A stretch of 64,000 bases of DNA, from positions 1 to 64,000 of the forward strand of contig JBEGVZ010000019.1 in the NCBI GenBank assembly GCA_041178085.1. The letters are read 5' to 3'. The notes beneath the pieces were generated by a model, which did not search any database, was not told where the DNA came from, and was given only the letters and a program-made list of their open reading frames with translations. This DNA is from Pseudomonadota bacterium. GTDB taxonomy: Bacteria > Bdellovibrionota_B > Oligoflexia > Oligoflexales > RGVZ01. Shown here in pieces: positions 28,599-38,850 of this stretch (position 1 is its first letter; each line of letters opens with the position of its first letter). Position numbers and translations under genes: made by a program.

Positions 28599-29645
28599 TC
28601 ACTTGGTCAGCAGCTCGTCGACTGGACGGGCATAGGCACAAAACAGCTCTAAATCCAGGCGCATGTTGAATTGAACCACATCAGGATCGCTCGTCTGCGC
28701 TTCATCCACTGCAATTGCCTTGCTGAAATAGGCATTCCAGACCTGCTGCCTTTTGCTGATTGCCTCACTCAAATCGAACGCGCCATCGTCGCGGATGAAA
28801 AATCCGCGTCCCGGAACCTGATCTCCAAAGAATCGCCTTTGTACTGCATGGGGTATCAGCAAAGTGAACTGGCTGGGCAAAAGGGAAGCTTCAAGGATCC
28901 CTGCTGGATGAATCGGCCAGACGATTTCACCGCGACTGTTTTTAAAACCGCGTTCTGGCCACACGACTCCCATGATGCCTTGCCCGCCACGATTTGATTC
29001 GCTTGATTCGTTCAGTTGCCATTTGTCCTCAACGACGCCGGCGCCGCGTTGAATCGAGTATTGCTTGGCCTGAAGAGCACCGAGCACAAGACCTTTCTCC
29101 TCACCAAATGCAAGCAGCATTGTGGTTACGGAATCGCTAAGCCGTGTATGCCGGAAGGACTTTTCGATGTCCGCCCGCTGCGGTGAATCCAATGCGACAA
29201 GAGTGCCTAGCGGCTTGGTCTCTTCCTGGCCTTTCACCATCGGCGCCTGTTCGTCTTGAAAAATCGATGCTCCGACAATTGCCTTGAACGCTTGATAAAC
29301 CTTCCCCCTCAACTCGGCTGCCTGGTCGATCGGAATGCCCGCGGGAGGACGCGGAACAACGGCCTTCACGGGCATGGACCAGGATTTTGCTGGTCGCCCA
29401 TTGATGCAGTAGAGCTTAAACGTCTCTCTTGGCGACGCCAGGAGCTGGTGAAACCGCCCGGCGTCTTTCAGGCCGGCCTGAAGCGGCGTAATCCATGAAA
29501 ATTTCGAACGCGCACCCGCCAGTTCGGACTCCCGGTACATTCCAGCTGATGTGCTCAGGCAGGACACCGCCAACAAGGAAAAGGCCGCGAGAATTAGAAG
29601 CCTGCTCGCGGAGATCATTGCCGAATTGTTAATTTGCCGGATCAA
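28599..29645 (-). CDS. Hypothetical lipoprotein
   Basis: Hydrophobic stretch ending LAVSC; 348-aa ORF overlapping the upstream gene's stop. Confidence 0.65.
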   Translation of the reverse strand: MIRQINNSAMISASRLLILAAFSLLAVSCLSTSAGMYRESELAGARSKFSWITPLQAGLKDAGRFHQLLASPRETFKLYCINGRPAKSWSMPVKAVVPRPPAGIPIDQAAELRGKVYQAFKAIVGASIFQDEQAPMVKGQEETKPLGTLVALDSPQRADIEKSFRHTRLSDSVTTMLLAFGEEKGLVLGALQAKQYSIQRGAGVVEDKWQLNESSESNRGGQGIMGVVWPERGFKNSRGEIVWPIHPAGILEASLLPSQFTLLIPHAVQRRFFGDQVPGRGFFIRDDGAFDLSEAISKRQQVWNAYFSKAIAVDEAQTSDPDVVQFNMRLDLELFCAYARPVDELLTK

Positions 29646-30453
29646 GGATCACCTGAAATGTTTCGTGCCTGCTTCCGGCAGCGATGATTTTAATCGACTT
29701 GCTGAGGTATCCTTCTGCGCGCACGATTACTTCTTCATCACCGGATTCGATCGTCAGGCTGGTCACACCTACCGGGGAACATTTCACAGGGCGTGCCTTC
29801 TTTCCCTTAACGACCAGAGAATCGCACGGAGGAATACTAACGATATCCATGACCCAGCTTGAGGCCCCGGCGGATATTGGCTGGCTACGATCAAACTGTA
29901 GCTCCCGCTGCCGGACCAGGCCTTCGCGATCGGACTTGGGCATCCTCTGGGGCGATTTGTCACTTTGCGCCCCACCCTCATCAACCACACCTTTCGTCTG
30001 CTCAACCTTGCTGAGGTCGAAGGCGCATTTCAGCCAGACTTCGTAAAGTCCATCGCTGATGGCACGGACTTGGTCGCGCAAAGGATTGCACGAAAGACCC
30101 TTAAAGGAAGCGTTCTCCTGAACTTCCTGGTGGACTGAAACGCCATGCTCAGACTCCACGGTGACGCCGCGGACTGCAATGTCACTGCGCAGAAAATCTG
30201 TCGCAGCGGACTTGCAACTGCGCACCGAATAAGCCCTGGCGTGGTCAACCGACGGTCCCTGCCCGGAACAAATGACCATCAGCGAATTTCCTGAACGCGC
30301 CACCGTGCTGCCCTGAGCCCAATCCGGGACAGTGGACTGAATGCGGGCGCTGAGTTCCTTCGTTCCCGTGACGCAGCCGAAGCATTGCATGAGGCAAAAA
30401 AGGCCTGCGATAAAGGCGCCTTGAAGGATTGATTTCCGGACGATCTGTTCCAT
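29629..30453 (-). CDS. Lipoprotein with LPP20-like and C-terminal PEGA-like regions
   Basis: FGC lipobox, PDWA motif, VRAEGY..K.I..VIL C-terminus. Confidence 0.55.
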   Translation of the reverse strand: MEQIVRKSILQGAFIAGLFCLMQCFGCVTGTKELSARIQSTVPDWAQGSTVARSGNSLMVICSGQGPSVDHARAYSVRSCKSAATDFLRSDIAVRGVTVESEHGVSVHQEVQENASFKGLSCNPLRDQVRAISDGLYEVWLKCAFDLSKVEQTKGVVDEGGAQSDKSPQRMPKSDREGLVRQRELQFDRSQPISAGASSWVMDIVSIPPCDSLVVKGKKARPVKCSPVGVTSLTIESGDEEVIVRAEGYLSKSIKIIAAGSRHETFQVILDPAN

Positions 30454-30610
30454 GGCCTCATGTATCGACATAAAGCGGCATCGGGTTAGCATAACCCTCG
30501 AGACACATGGGAAAAACTTTGATTGGATCCCAAAAACCATCCGCAATCACAGAGAAATCAGGCCATATTTTCCCGAATCCAATTGAGAAAAAACCCAACT
30601 TGACCCGGGG

Positions 30611-32923
30611 TCACAAAATGGCCTGAAGCTCCAGATATGGAATCGGTGGGACACCCTGGAAGTACATTTCCTTGGTGTAGTCGTAGTTATAGTTCACGCC
30701 GAGTGCTGCGCGCTTGAACCAAAGATATTCAATGCCGAAGCGAAGGTTCATCTTCCAGGTATCCCAAAGGATATCGCGTCCTGCGTACAAGCTGATTTCA
30801 TTGTAGTTTGGCAGGCGCGCCTCGTAGAGTTCCGTATCTCCCTGGCGTGGCTGGTACTTGTCCAGGTTGGCGTTATACACAGCATTCCCCTTGGGCGTGA
30901 AAGTATCACCCGTGTGGTAATTAAAGCGCCCGCCAAGCTCCCAGAGCTCGGTCAGGCGATAGTTGCCCGCAAGGTTGGCGACATGGGTTTGGTCATACTC
31001 GGCATTGTGCCAGCCAGTTTCACCACTTTCGCGCGCCTCGTTACGCGACCAGGTGTAGGAAAGCCAACCGAAAAGGCGTTCTGTCAAATTTCGGCGGATC
31101 AAAATTTCCGCTCCACGACTCCTCAGTTCGGCGCCATTGACGAATCGCTTTTCCGGGTCGACGCGGACAAGATTCCACGCCTTTTTCGAAAACAATTGCA
31201 CATCAGAACTCCAGCGGTCAGTCCACCGGGACTCGACGCCCGCCACGTAGTGCAGCGACCTTTCAAAATCAAGGTCCGGATTGCCAAATGACTTTGATGC
31301 TTCACCCGGTTCAGGATTTTTCGAAAAAAGCCCGGTGGCAAACTTTGCAGTATGAACATCGTTGATGTCCCAGCGCATGCTGAGCCGCGGATCCGCCGAG
31401 CTTTTGCGAAGCTGGTCGTTGTAGTACGCGCGCACCCCCGGGATCAAGAGAACAGGGCCCAGCCTCTTTTCCATGGAAACCCAGCCCGCCCCACCTTTGG
31501 TGGTGGATTCCTCGGAGCCTTCGTCGACGGGCGCCTCATCGGGGTCAAAGAATGGATCGTTGGGGTCAAAGCGGATTGCCCGGAAGTAAACCGTCGCGAT
31601 ATCGACACGCGGATCGATGCCAAAATAGATTTTGTCGTCCGCATTCAACTTCCAGGTCAGCTCCGCGGGAACCTTGGCTGACCAGACCTTCAATCTGACG
31701 GAGTTATCAAGAATCTGGAACTTCAAGCGGAAGTACTGCAATTGCGGCGTGGTCGACAGGGACCAGTCACCATTGATGCGCTTGGTGCGCTCGTACCCAA
31801 GAATGCCGTAGTAGTTAAAAACACTGAAAGCGGCGTTGCCATCTTCACCGCGCGCCGCATCGTTGGGGAATACCGCCCGCAACCCGTCCGTTGATGCAAT
31901 CGAAATCAGACGTCCGCGCCCGTCATCAAATTCCTCGTTATAAAGGGCGACGTAATCTGAGAAGTAGGGGACGATCGTTGCGCCAAGCTCCTCCGGCAGT
32001 ACTTTTGGCAAGATGTAGTCCAGGTAACTCCTGCGCACCGACAAGCTGAAGCTTGCTTTTTCGCCAACCGGCCGTTCATGAAATGCGCTGGAGTAAATCG
32101 GCATGTTTACGGTGAAAATGCTGGTCGGCCGTTCCACCAGCTTCGTCTTGGAACGGATCTTGATCACACCTCCGGTGGCGTCGCCATATTCGGCACCAAA
32201 ACCCCCAGCGGAAAACTCCACATCTTCGATCATTGACGCAGGGAGCACCGTGTATTGTCCGACGCCGTGGTAGACAAATGGGACTTCCAGGTCGTCGATG
32301 TAATACTTGCTGTCGTCTGGCGCCGACCCGCGGATCACAACCTGGCTACCAAAGGCCGCCTTTTGCACACCGGGCATGAGTTTTGTCACCTGCCCTGGAT
32401 CCCCGCCGGGCGCAACCCTGCGCGCTTCCTCGACCGAAATGACTTGCTTGGATACTCCAGGCCGCTTCTTGCCCGTGACCACGACCGTATCGTCTCCACC
32501 AAGGGCCGGTTCAAGAAATATGTCCAGCTTGAGTTCAACCTGTCCCTGGGGCGCTGGAGCGTTCTCCTGGATTTGCGCATCCAGTCGCGCCTTGGCTTGT
32601 TGCAGCAAGTCCGCAACGCTCACTTCGAGTGGTTTGAAACCGAAACGGCTGCAGCGAAAAACCGCGTCTGCCGGAAGTTCGAAAACGACAGACCCGTCTG
32701 GCGCCGCGCGGAATTTTTGCTCACCAGCAGTGACTTCCGTCCGGGTAACGTTGTCCCCGCTTCCCTTTTTACGGAACCTAATCTGCAGCTTTACGGGGAG
32801 TGTCGCTGCCTCGGGGGAGGGGCTCTCTGCAAAGGCAACAACAGCCGGATCAAGGGAACACAGCGCAACGATGAGGGCGACAAAAAGCGCCTGGAACTTG
32901 ATGCCCGGATTCACTGATCCCAT
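30611..32923 (-). CDS. TonB-dependent receptor
   Basis: VVVTG, plug MPGV..VIRGS..YYIDD..YH, GGFGAEYGDATGGVI; barrel strands; AAGGAG RBS. Confidence 0.88.
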   Translation of the reverse strand: MGSVNPGIKFQALFVALIVALCSLDPAVVAFAESPSPEAATLPVKLQIRFRKKGSGDNVTRTEVTAGEQKFRAAPDGSVVFELPADAVFRCSRFGFKPLEVSVADLLQQAKARLDAQIQENAPAPQGQVELKLDIFLEPALGGDDTVVVTGKKRPGVSKQVISVEEARRVAPGGDPGQVTKLMPGVQKAAFGSQVVIRGSAPDDSKYYIDDLEVPFVYHGVGQYTVLPASMIEDVEFSAGGFGAEYGDATGGVIKIRSKTKLVERPTSIFTVNMPIYSSAFHERPVGEKASFSLSVRRSYLDYILPKVLPEELGATIVPYFSDYVALYNEEFDDGRGRLISIASTDGLRAVFPNDAARGEDGNAAFSVFNYYGILGYERTKRINGDWSLSTTPQLQYFRLKFQILDNSVRLKVWSAKVPAELTWKLNADDKIYFGIDPRVDIATVYFRAIRFDPNDPFFDPDEAPVDEGSEESTTKGGAGWVSMEKRLGPVLLIPGVRAYYNDQLRKSSADPRLSMRWDINDVHTAKFATGLFSKNPEPGEASKSFGNPDLDFERSLHYVAGVESRWTDRWSSDVQLFSKKAWNLVRVDPEKRFVNGAELRSRGAEILIRRNLTERLFGWLSYTWSRNEARESGETGWHNAEYDQTHVANLAGNYRLTELWELGGRFNYHTGDTFTPKGNAVYNANLDKYQPRQGDTELYEARLPNYNEISLYAGRDILWDTWKMNLRFGIEYLWFKRAALGVNYNYDYTKEMYFQGVPPIPYLELQAIL

Positions 32924-32948
32924 TGTCTTCACTCCTTCGACTCGGTCA

Positions 32949-32965
32949 CCGGCACTGTCGTTGCA
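32949..32965 (+). promoter_or_regulatory. Putative sigma54 promoter
   Basis: CCGGCACTGTCGTTGCA = GG-N10-GC, upstream of the DUF2267 gene. Confidence 0.6.
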
Positions 32966-32993
32966 AGATTCCCTGGATGGAGGTGAACCCGCC

Positions 32994-33425
32994 ATGACAC
33001 AGACCGGACTGCCTGCTTTTGACAATACGGTACAGACAACCAACACGTGGCTCAACGATTTGATGCTTGAGCTTGGCAAGGACGACAGGCATCTGGCCTA
33101 TTCCGCCCTGCGGAGCGTGCTCCACGCCCTGCGCGACCGCCTGACGGTAGAACACGCGTCTGCCCTGGGTGCTCAGATGCCCATGCTAGTAAGGGGGTTT
33201 TACTACGAGGGCTATAAACCCCACGGGAAACCGACCCGGGAGCGGCGCAAAGACCAGTTCCTGGCCAAGATCCGGCACGAAATGCGCCGGGGGCCGTCAC
33301 TAAACCCGGACGAATCCGAGCATATGGCCCGGGCTGTCATGCACACCGTCAAGCGGCATCTGGGGGAGGGGACCATCGACCGGGTCAGGAAGGCCCTGCC
33401 CAGGGATCTGCGCGAGCTGATGTAG
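32994..33425 (+). CDS. DUF2267 family protein
   Basis: FD.TVQTTN.WL, AY.ALR.VLHALRDRL, LGAQMP.LVRG.YYEG; GGAGGT RBS. Confidence 0.88.
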   Translation: MTQTGLPAFDNTVQTTNTWLNDLMLELGKDDRHLAYSALRSVLHALRDRLTVEHASALGAQMPMLVRGFYYEGYKPHGKPTRERRKDQFLAKIRHEMRRGPSLNPDESEHMARAVMHTVKRHLGEGTIDRVRKALPRDLRELM

Positions 33426-33466
33426 GTGATTTGTGATAGCATTTTCTGCAGGAGGGTCTGCGGCAA

Positions 33467-33757
33467 ATGCTTTCACTCGAACCACTGCCAATTGAAGAGT
33501 TCGTCGGTTTGGAGCTTGCCACGCCGGCGGCCCGGCAAATCATGGCAACATGGCCACTGCCACCAGAAAAGGTGGAGGTCGTTGTCACACGCTATTTCAG
33601 GTCCATGGGGATCCTGACCGTCCAGCCTTTCGCCCAAAAAGAGGTTCTCAAGGAGCAGCTTCTCCGCTATCTAAGAACCTCCACGGAACTCGCCGACATA
33701 ATTGACAAGGCCCGGCGGGCGTCCTTGAAAGAAGAACGGCGCAAAGGCGAAAAATGA
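33467..33757 (+). CDS. Hypothetical protein
   Basis: AGGAGG RBS; ATGA coupling to ettA. Confidence 0.7.
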   Translation: MLSLEPLPIEEFVGLELATPAARQIMATWPLPPEKVEVVVTRYFRSMGILTVQPFAQKEVLKEQLLRYLRTSTELADIIDKARRASLKEERRKGEK

Positions 33758-35430
33758 CTCAGTACATTTATAATATGGTCAACCTGCGGAAGGTCTATCC
33801 ACCCAACCGCGAGGTCCTCAAAGGCATTTACCTGAGCTTCATCCCCGGTGCCAAAATCGGCGTACTGGGCCTCAACGGAGCAGGTAAGAGTACTCTGCTC
33901 AAGATCATGGCCGGAGTGGAAAAGAACTTTCAGGGAGAGGCCTTCCCGGCAGCCGGAATCAATATCGGTTATCTGGCCCAGGAACCTCAGCTGGATGGGA
34001 CACTGGACGTCCGCGGCAATGTCGAGCTGGGCGTGGCCAAACAGCGCGACCTGTTGCGAAAGTTTGAAGAGCTCTCTGCCAAACTTGGCGAGCCCATGGA
34101 TGGCGACGAGATGATGAAGGTCATCGATGAACAGTCACGGGTCCAGTCGGAGATCGATGCCTGCAACGCCTGGGAATTGGACCGCATGCTCGATATCGCC
34201 ATGGACGCCCTGCGCTTGCCGCCAGGGGAAGCCGACGTTTCCAAACTATCCGGGGGCGAAAAACGCCGCGTAGCCTTGTGCCGTCTGCTGATTGAAAAGC
34301 CCGACATGCTGATCCTGGACGAACCGACCAACCACCTCGATGCAGAAAGCGTCGCGTGGCTTGAACGCTTCCTTCACGAATACCCGGGCACCGTGGTGGC
34401 CGTGACCCACGATCGTTACTTCCTTGATAATGTTGCCGGATGGATCCTTGAACTGGACCGTGGCGAAGGGATTCCCTGGAAAGGAAACTACTCAAGCTGG
34501 CTCGAGCAAAAGCAGCTTCGCCTGGCCCAGGAAGAGAAAACTGAGTCAGCCCGCCGCAAGGCTCTGGCCAAGGAACTCGAGTGGGTGAGGATGTCTGCAC
34601 GGGCGCGCCAGGCAAAAAGCAAGGCACGTATCCAGGCCTATGAAGAAATGGCCAACCAGAGCTACGAGGCACAAACAACGGTTCAAGAACTCAAGATTCC
34701 ACCTGCTCCGCGCCTGGGCGAACTCGTGATCGAGGCCAAGGGCATTAAAAAGTCCTTTGGCGACAAGCTGCTGTTTGAAGACCTGACTTTCAACCTGCCG
34801 CGCGGCGGAATCGTCGGCATCATCGGTCCAAACGGTGCAGGTAAAACGACGCTGTTCCGCATGATGGCCGGCGCCGAGAAGCCGGACGCTGGAACCATGC
34901 GCCTGGGTGACACGGTCCAGCTGGCTTACGTTGACCAGGGGCGCGACACGCTGGATGGTAACAAAACTGTGTGGGACGAAATTTCGGGTGGCCAGGAAGA
35001 TATCGAATTTGGCCGCACGAAGATGGCCTCGCGCGCCTACGTGGCAGCTTTCAACTTCAAGGGCTCCGACCAGCAAAAGAAGGTCAAGGACCTTTCCGGC
35101 GGTGAACGCAACCGCGTCAACCTGGCCAAGCTGCTCAAGAGCGGTTCCAACGTCCTTTTACTCGACGAACCGACCAACGACCTTGACGTCGACACGCTAC
35201 GTGCGCTGGAAGACGCCCTTTTGAACTATGCCGGCTGCGCTGTTGTCATCAGCCACGACCGCTGGTTCCTGGACCGTATTGCGACCCATATCCTGGCGTT
35301 TGAAGGGGATTCCAAAGTTGTGTGGTTTGAGGGCAACTATCAGGACTACGAGGCCGACCGGAAGCGCCGCCTTGGTCAGGAAGCCGATACACCGCACCGG
35401 ATCCGGTACAAGAAGCTGACGCACGACTAA
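33754..35430 (+). CDS. ettA: Energy-dependent translational throttle protein (ABC-F)
   Basis: Two ABC cassettes ([21 protein letters not shown]), ELEWVR linker, RIRYKKL C-terminus. Confidence 0.96.
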   Translation: MTQYIYNMVNLRKVYPPNREVLKGIYLSFIPGAKIGVLGLNGAGKSTLLKIMAGVEKNFQGEAFPAAGINIGYLAQEPQLDGTLDVRGNVELGVAKQRDLLRKFEELSAKLGEPMDGDEMMKVIDEQSRVQSEIDACNAWELDRMLDIAMDALRLPPGEADVSKLSGGEKRRVALCRLLIEKPDMLILDEPTNHLDAESVAWLERFLHEYPGTVVAVTHDRYFLDNVAGWILELDRGEGIPWKGNYSSWLEQKQLRLAQEEKTESARRKALAKELEWVRMSARARQAKSKARIQAYEEMANQSYEAQTTVQELKIPPAPRLGELVIEAKGIKKSFGDKLLFEDLTFNLPRGGIVGIIGPNGAGKTTLFRMMAGAEKPDAGTMRLGDTVQLAYVDQGRDTLDGNKTVWDEISGGQEDIEFGRTKMASRAYVAAFNFKGSDQQKKVKDLSGGERNRVNLAKLLKSGSNVLLLDEPTNDLDVDTLRALEDALLNYAGCAVVISHDRWFLDRIATHILAFEGDSKVVWFEGNYQDYEADRKRRLGQEADTPHRIRYKKLTHD

Positions 35431-35482
35431 TTCGACTGGGACTGGGGCAGTCAAGAGGGCGACGGGTAGACACCTGTTCAAC

Positions 35483-36442
35483 TCACCTTGTCCCGGCTTT
35501 CCTCCTGGTTTTTCTGGTTTCCACGACAATTTCGTCATTGTCGTCTGGCTTGAACTTGTCTGCCTTGATTTTGATCTTGCCGTTTTCTACCTCGTACGTT
35601 CCAGCGGGCAGCTCACGGTCACCGACCAGGACGCGCAGGACTTCTGATTCCATGCCGGGAACTGATTCTAGTTGCAGCTCCACATCCACCAGGCTCGTCA
35701 CGGACTCCGAAAGCTGGGCGAAATAATCGCTCCAGTCGACCGCGCAAATGTCGTAGATCTTGCCGCCGGTCATGTCGGCAAGTGTCTGATATTCCTTGCC
35801 CACCCTGGCAATGCTGCACTTGGACTGTGGTGTTGCGACAAAACCATACAAAACAGGGTTTTGACTCCCCAGGAAGGGACTGACCTGAGTTAGATAATTC
35901 CCGCTGTGGACAAAACCTGCATTGTCATCCGAAACAACTACAATAATTTGCCTGGCATCGGCCCGCACTGGCACTCTCTTTTGCTTCAACCCGGCGACAT
36001 GTACCTTCAATGAATCGGTGCTGCCGATCGGCATTTTTACCGCAGTGACAAGGTTGCCCAGGGAATCACCAAGTGAATTCAAAAAGGCCTGATCCGCAAG
36101 CATGTTAACTTTCACGTCCGTGCGGCCAGAAAGCGACTGAACAAAAGATTTCAGGTTTGATTTAACAATTTGAATTTCATTATTCATGGAACCTGAAGTG
36201 TCCAATAGCCAGGTGACATCCACCTTGCCCTTGGCCTGTTCCCGCGGGAAAGACTTTCGCACCAGCTCACCCTCTTCTGCCCCCTCGATGGGGCGCCCGA
36301 GAGCATTACCCTGGGCGTTTGCCTTCGGAGATCCTGCGAAATTCGAAGAGTTTCCACATGCAGTGGCAACCCCCGACAACGCCACGAAGCACAGATAAAA
36401 CTTCGCAAAACGACCTGAAGTAAGATTCATGTCAAAGTTCAT
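35483..36442 (-). CDS. VWA-domain lipoprotein
   Basis: ATAC lipobox, MIDAS DTSGSM, VVSDD, Y..LA..TGG...IC..DW. Confidence 0.85.
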   Translation of the reverse strand: MNFDMNLTSGRFAKFYLCFVALSGVATACGNSSNFAGSPKANAQGNALGRPIEGAEEGELVRKSFPREQAKGKVDVTWLLDTSGSMNNEIQIVKSNLKSFVQSLSGRTDVKVNMLADQAFLNSLGDSLGNLVTAVKMPIGSTDSLKVHVAGLKQKRVPVRADARQIIVVVSDDNAGFVHSGNYLTQVSPFLGSQNPVLYGFVATPQSKCSIARVGKEYQTLADMTGGKIYDICAVDWSDYFAQLSESVTSLVDVELQLESVPGMESEVLRVLVGDRELPAGTYEVENGKIKIKADKFKPDDNDEIVVETRKTRRKAGTR

Positions 36443-36449
36443 GTCAATC

Positions 36450-36477
36450 TTTTCGGTGCCAACCGCAACGATCTTTA
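36450..36477 (-). promoter_or_regulatory. Putative sigma28 promoter of the VWA gene
   Basis: TAAA-N16-ACCGAAAA, 7 nt before ATG 36442. Confidence 0.45.
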
Positions 36478-36537
36478 AAGCAGGAAAAAACCCACCCCAG
36501 GCAACCATTTTTACTGGCGAAAATACTGCCCCATGCG

Positions 36538-37440
36538 ATGGAATTTCCACCAAATCAGCACGCGACTTCCCATGTCATTTCCATGCTGAACGCGAATCCA
36601 TTAGACCTTCTGGCAACCCGGCTGACCGGGGAGATTCGGAGGGCCTGCCTTATGACTGGAAATTCCCAGTTCCTGATGCAAAGCGTCGCGACCGTCCTTC
36701 CTTTCGCCCCGCCTGGACTCCTGCTTGTTGCGACCTTTTTGCAACTCCGCAGATCCCCGGTCAGCCGGCTGCTTTCCATCATTCGCAGCGAACGCCTCCA
36801 TCTTTTGCAGGTGGCTGGCTCGGGTAGCCGCGAGGCCGGGCACCCCAAGTCGCAGACAGCAGAGGAATTTTACGCAGCCATCAAGGAAGCGCGGCGCAGT
36901 GGCCAGGACCTCGTCCCACGGCTTGAGATGCTGGAGGATAACCTTGAAAAACTACGCGACGAAGAGCAGGAACTCGCTGACGCCTTCAAGGGATTGTGGG
37001 CCCGCACCGGAATGGCACTTTGTTTCACATTGATTCTGGTGATGACCATGAAGGCTTCAGGGGCCACACATGAAAGCAATACAGCGCAGACGGCAGCCAC
37101 CGGGACTGCGTGTGCTAGCCTGATGCTGGCAGGTGTGTTGCTGCCTCTTGGCAACCTCCAACGAGCAAGGAAAGAACTTGATGTCCTGGCTCCGCCTGCG
37201 GGAACAGCACTCACCCGATGGGTTTTAACTGGACGCTTCAAGGGCGAGGACAAAGATCCACTCACCCGCAGCGGGATTTCCGACTCGATTGCTGTCGTGC
37301 GCGAAGGAGATCAACTATTCCGGGAACTGCGATCCCGGAGCAGGAACGCTCTCTCAAAGGCCTCACGAATGACATCGGTGTACGAAGTGCTAACGCTCGC
37401 GCCGTCATCAGCTCTGCTTGTGGCCGGGAACTGGTGTTGA
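36538..37440 (+). CDS. Membrane protein, divergent TadB/T2SS-F-like
   Basis: EARRSGQDL..RLE.L...LR segment followed by TM helices; start uncertain. Confidence 0.4.
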   Translation: MEFPPNQHATSHVISMLNANPLDLLATRLTGEIRRACLMTGNSQFLMQSVATVLPFAPPGLLLVATFLQLRRSPVSRLLSIIRSERLHLLQVAGSGSREAGHPKSQTAEEFYAAIKEARRSGQDLVPRLEMLEDNLEKLRDEEQELADAFKGLWARTGMALCFTLILVMTMKASGATHESNTAQTAATGTACASLMLAGVLLPLGNLQRARKELDVLAPPAGTALTRWVLTGRFKGEDKDPLTRSGISDSIAVVREGDQLFRELRSRSRNALSKASRMTSVYEVLTLAPSSALLVAGNWC

Positions 37441-37465
37441 TCGAACAGAGAAGCGAAGACCCTGA

Positions 37466-38824
37466 TTATTGCCAAGCAAAAGCCCGGTCGATCATGTTCG
37501 CGAAACTCTCATCGGAAAGCGCAGGTTCTCCGTCCGACTGGCTCGGCGTTCCAGCCTTGGGACCAAGGACCACAGTCGCCCGATTTTCAGGAGCAAATAA
37601 CTTTCCGGCGCATCGCATGATGTCGTCTGCCGTCACCGCCATGATCCGGTTGGCGTACTCGTGAAGGCTCCGGCTCTTGCCGTTGAGTTCATTCCACGCG
37701 CAGCGGAAGGCAACCTGCGTCGGCTCACTTGCCGCCATTTCAAGATCCACCAACGCACGCCGCTGAAACTTCTCAAGTTCCCGCGCACTGACCGGGGACT
37801 CCGTGACGTCACGCAGGAGTGATCCGAGTTCGGATACGAAGCGGCCCATATTATCGTAATCGACCGAAGCGTTGATGTTCATGAGTCCACAATCCGTCAA
37901 TAGGGTGGCGTCCGATGAGATATCGTAAACCAGACCCAGTTCCTCGCGGATGCGCCGCGGCAGTCGCGCGCTGAATCCATCAGAAAGCATGCGCACCAGG
38001 ATTTCGTAAACCGGTGCATTGTCATGCCACTGTCCCTCACAACGGAACGCCATCTGGAACTGGTATTCGTTGTCAGAATTTTCGATCACTTTCGATGCGG
38101 GCAGGCCCTTGCGAGGCGGATGCTTGCTCGAATCCCGGGACTTCGGGGGAGCCACGCCAACGGCCTGGTAAGTTCCAAACAGGCTTGCCCCAACTTCCGC
38201 TTCTTCCGCCGTGCCACCAACCACACACAGGGCCATGCTGTCCGGGCGGTACCAGCAGGCGCGATAATCCTTGAGCGACTGCTCCGTGATCCGGGCAAGG
38301 GTCGCAGGTTCGCCGATGATCGGCCTGGCCAACGCATGACCAGTCCAGACAAGCTGGCTGACGTGATGGGGAACATCGGTGGAAATCCCGAACTCGTTTA
38401 GCTCACCGTGGAGTTCGCGCAGGATGATCTGGCGTTCAACTTCAATGTCACGAAAGACCGGCTCTGAAATGAACTCATGAAAAAGCTCAAAGGCCTCGCG
38501 ATGGTTTCTGCGAACGCCTGAATAAACGTACTCCGTATATTCCTGGCCGGTGGCTGCATTCCATTCGCCGCCAAGCCATTCAAAAGCCTCCGCCAGTCCC
38601 CCAAACGAAGGGTACTTCTTGGAGCCGCGGAACATCATGTGTTCCAGAAAGTGTGAAATCCCGGACTCGTGAGCGCCCTCGACCCTGGAACCCGCTTTGA
38701 TCAGGCAGCTAAGGAATAGCCTCTCATCATCACGCCCCGGCACATGAATGAACGTCATCCCGTTCGGCAGGCGACGACAGGTGACGCGTGCGTCGAATCC
38801 AGAAAGGGCGGAAAGCGTTGCCAA
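37466..38824 (-). CDS. M16 (pitrilysin) family zinc peptidase
   Basis: AGSR.E..GISHFLEHMMFRGS (HxxEH); IREELGLVY. Confidence 0.92.
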   Translation of the reverse strand: MATLSALSGFDARVTCRRLPNGMTFIHVPGRDDERLFLSCLIKAGSRVEGAHESGISHFLEHMMFRGSKKYPSFGGLAEAFEWLGGEWNAATGQEYTEYVYSGVRRNHREAFELFHEFISEPVFRDIEVERQIILRELHGELNEFGISTDVPHHVSQLVWTGHALARPIIGEPATLARITEQSLKDYRACWYRPDSMALCVVGGTAEEAEVGASLFGTYQAVGVAPPKSRDSSKHPPRKGLPASKVIENSDNEYQFQMAFRCEGQWHDNAPVYEILVRMLSDGFSARLPRRIREELGLVYDISSDATLLTDCGLMNINASVDYDNMGRFVSELGSLLRDVTESPVSARELEKFQRRALVDLEMAASEPTQVAFRCAWNELNGKSRSLHEYANRIMAVTADDIMRCAGKLFAPENRATVVLGPKAGTPSQSDGEPALSDESFANMIDRAFAWQ

Positions 38825-38850
38825 GGGGCCTCTTGAAAGTCGGAGGTAAA

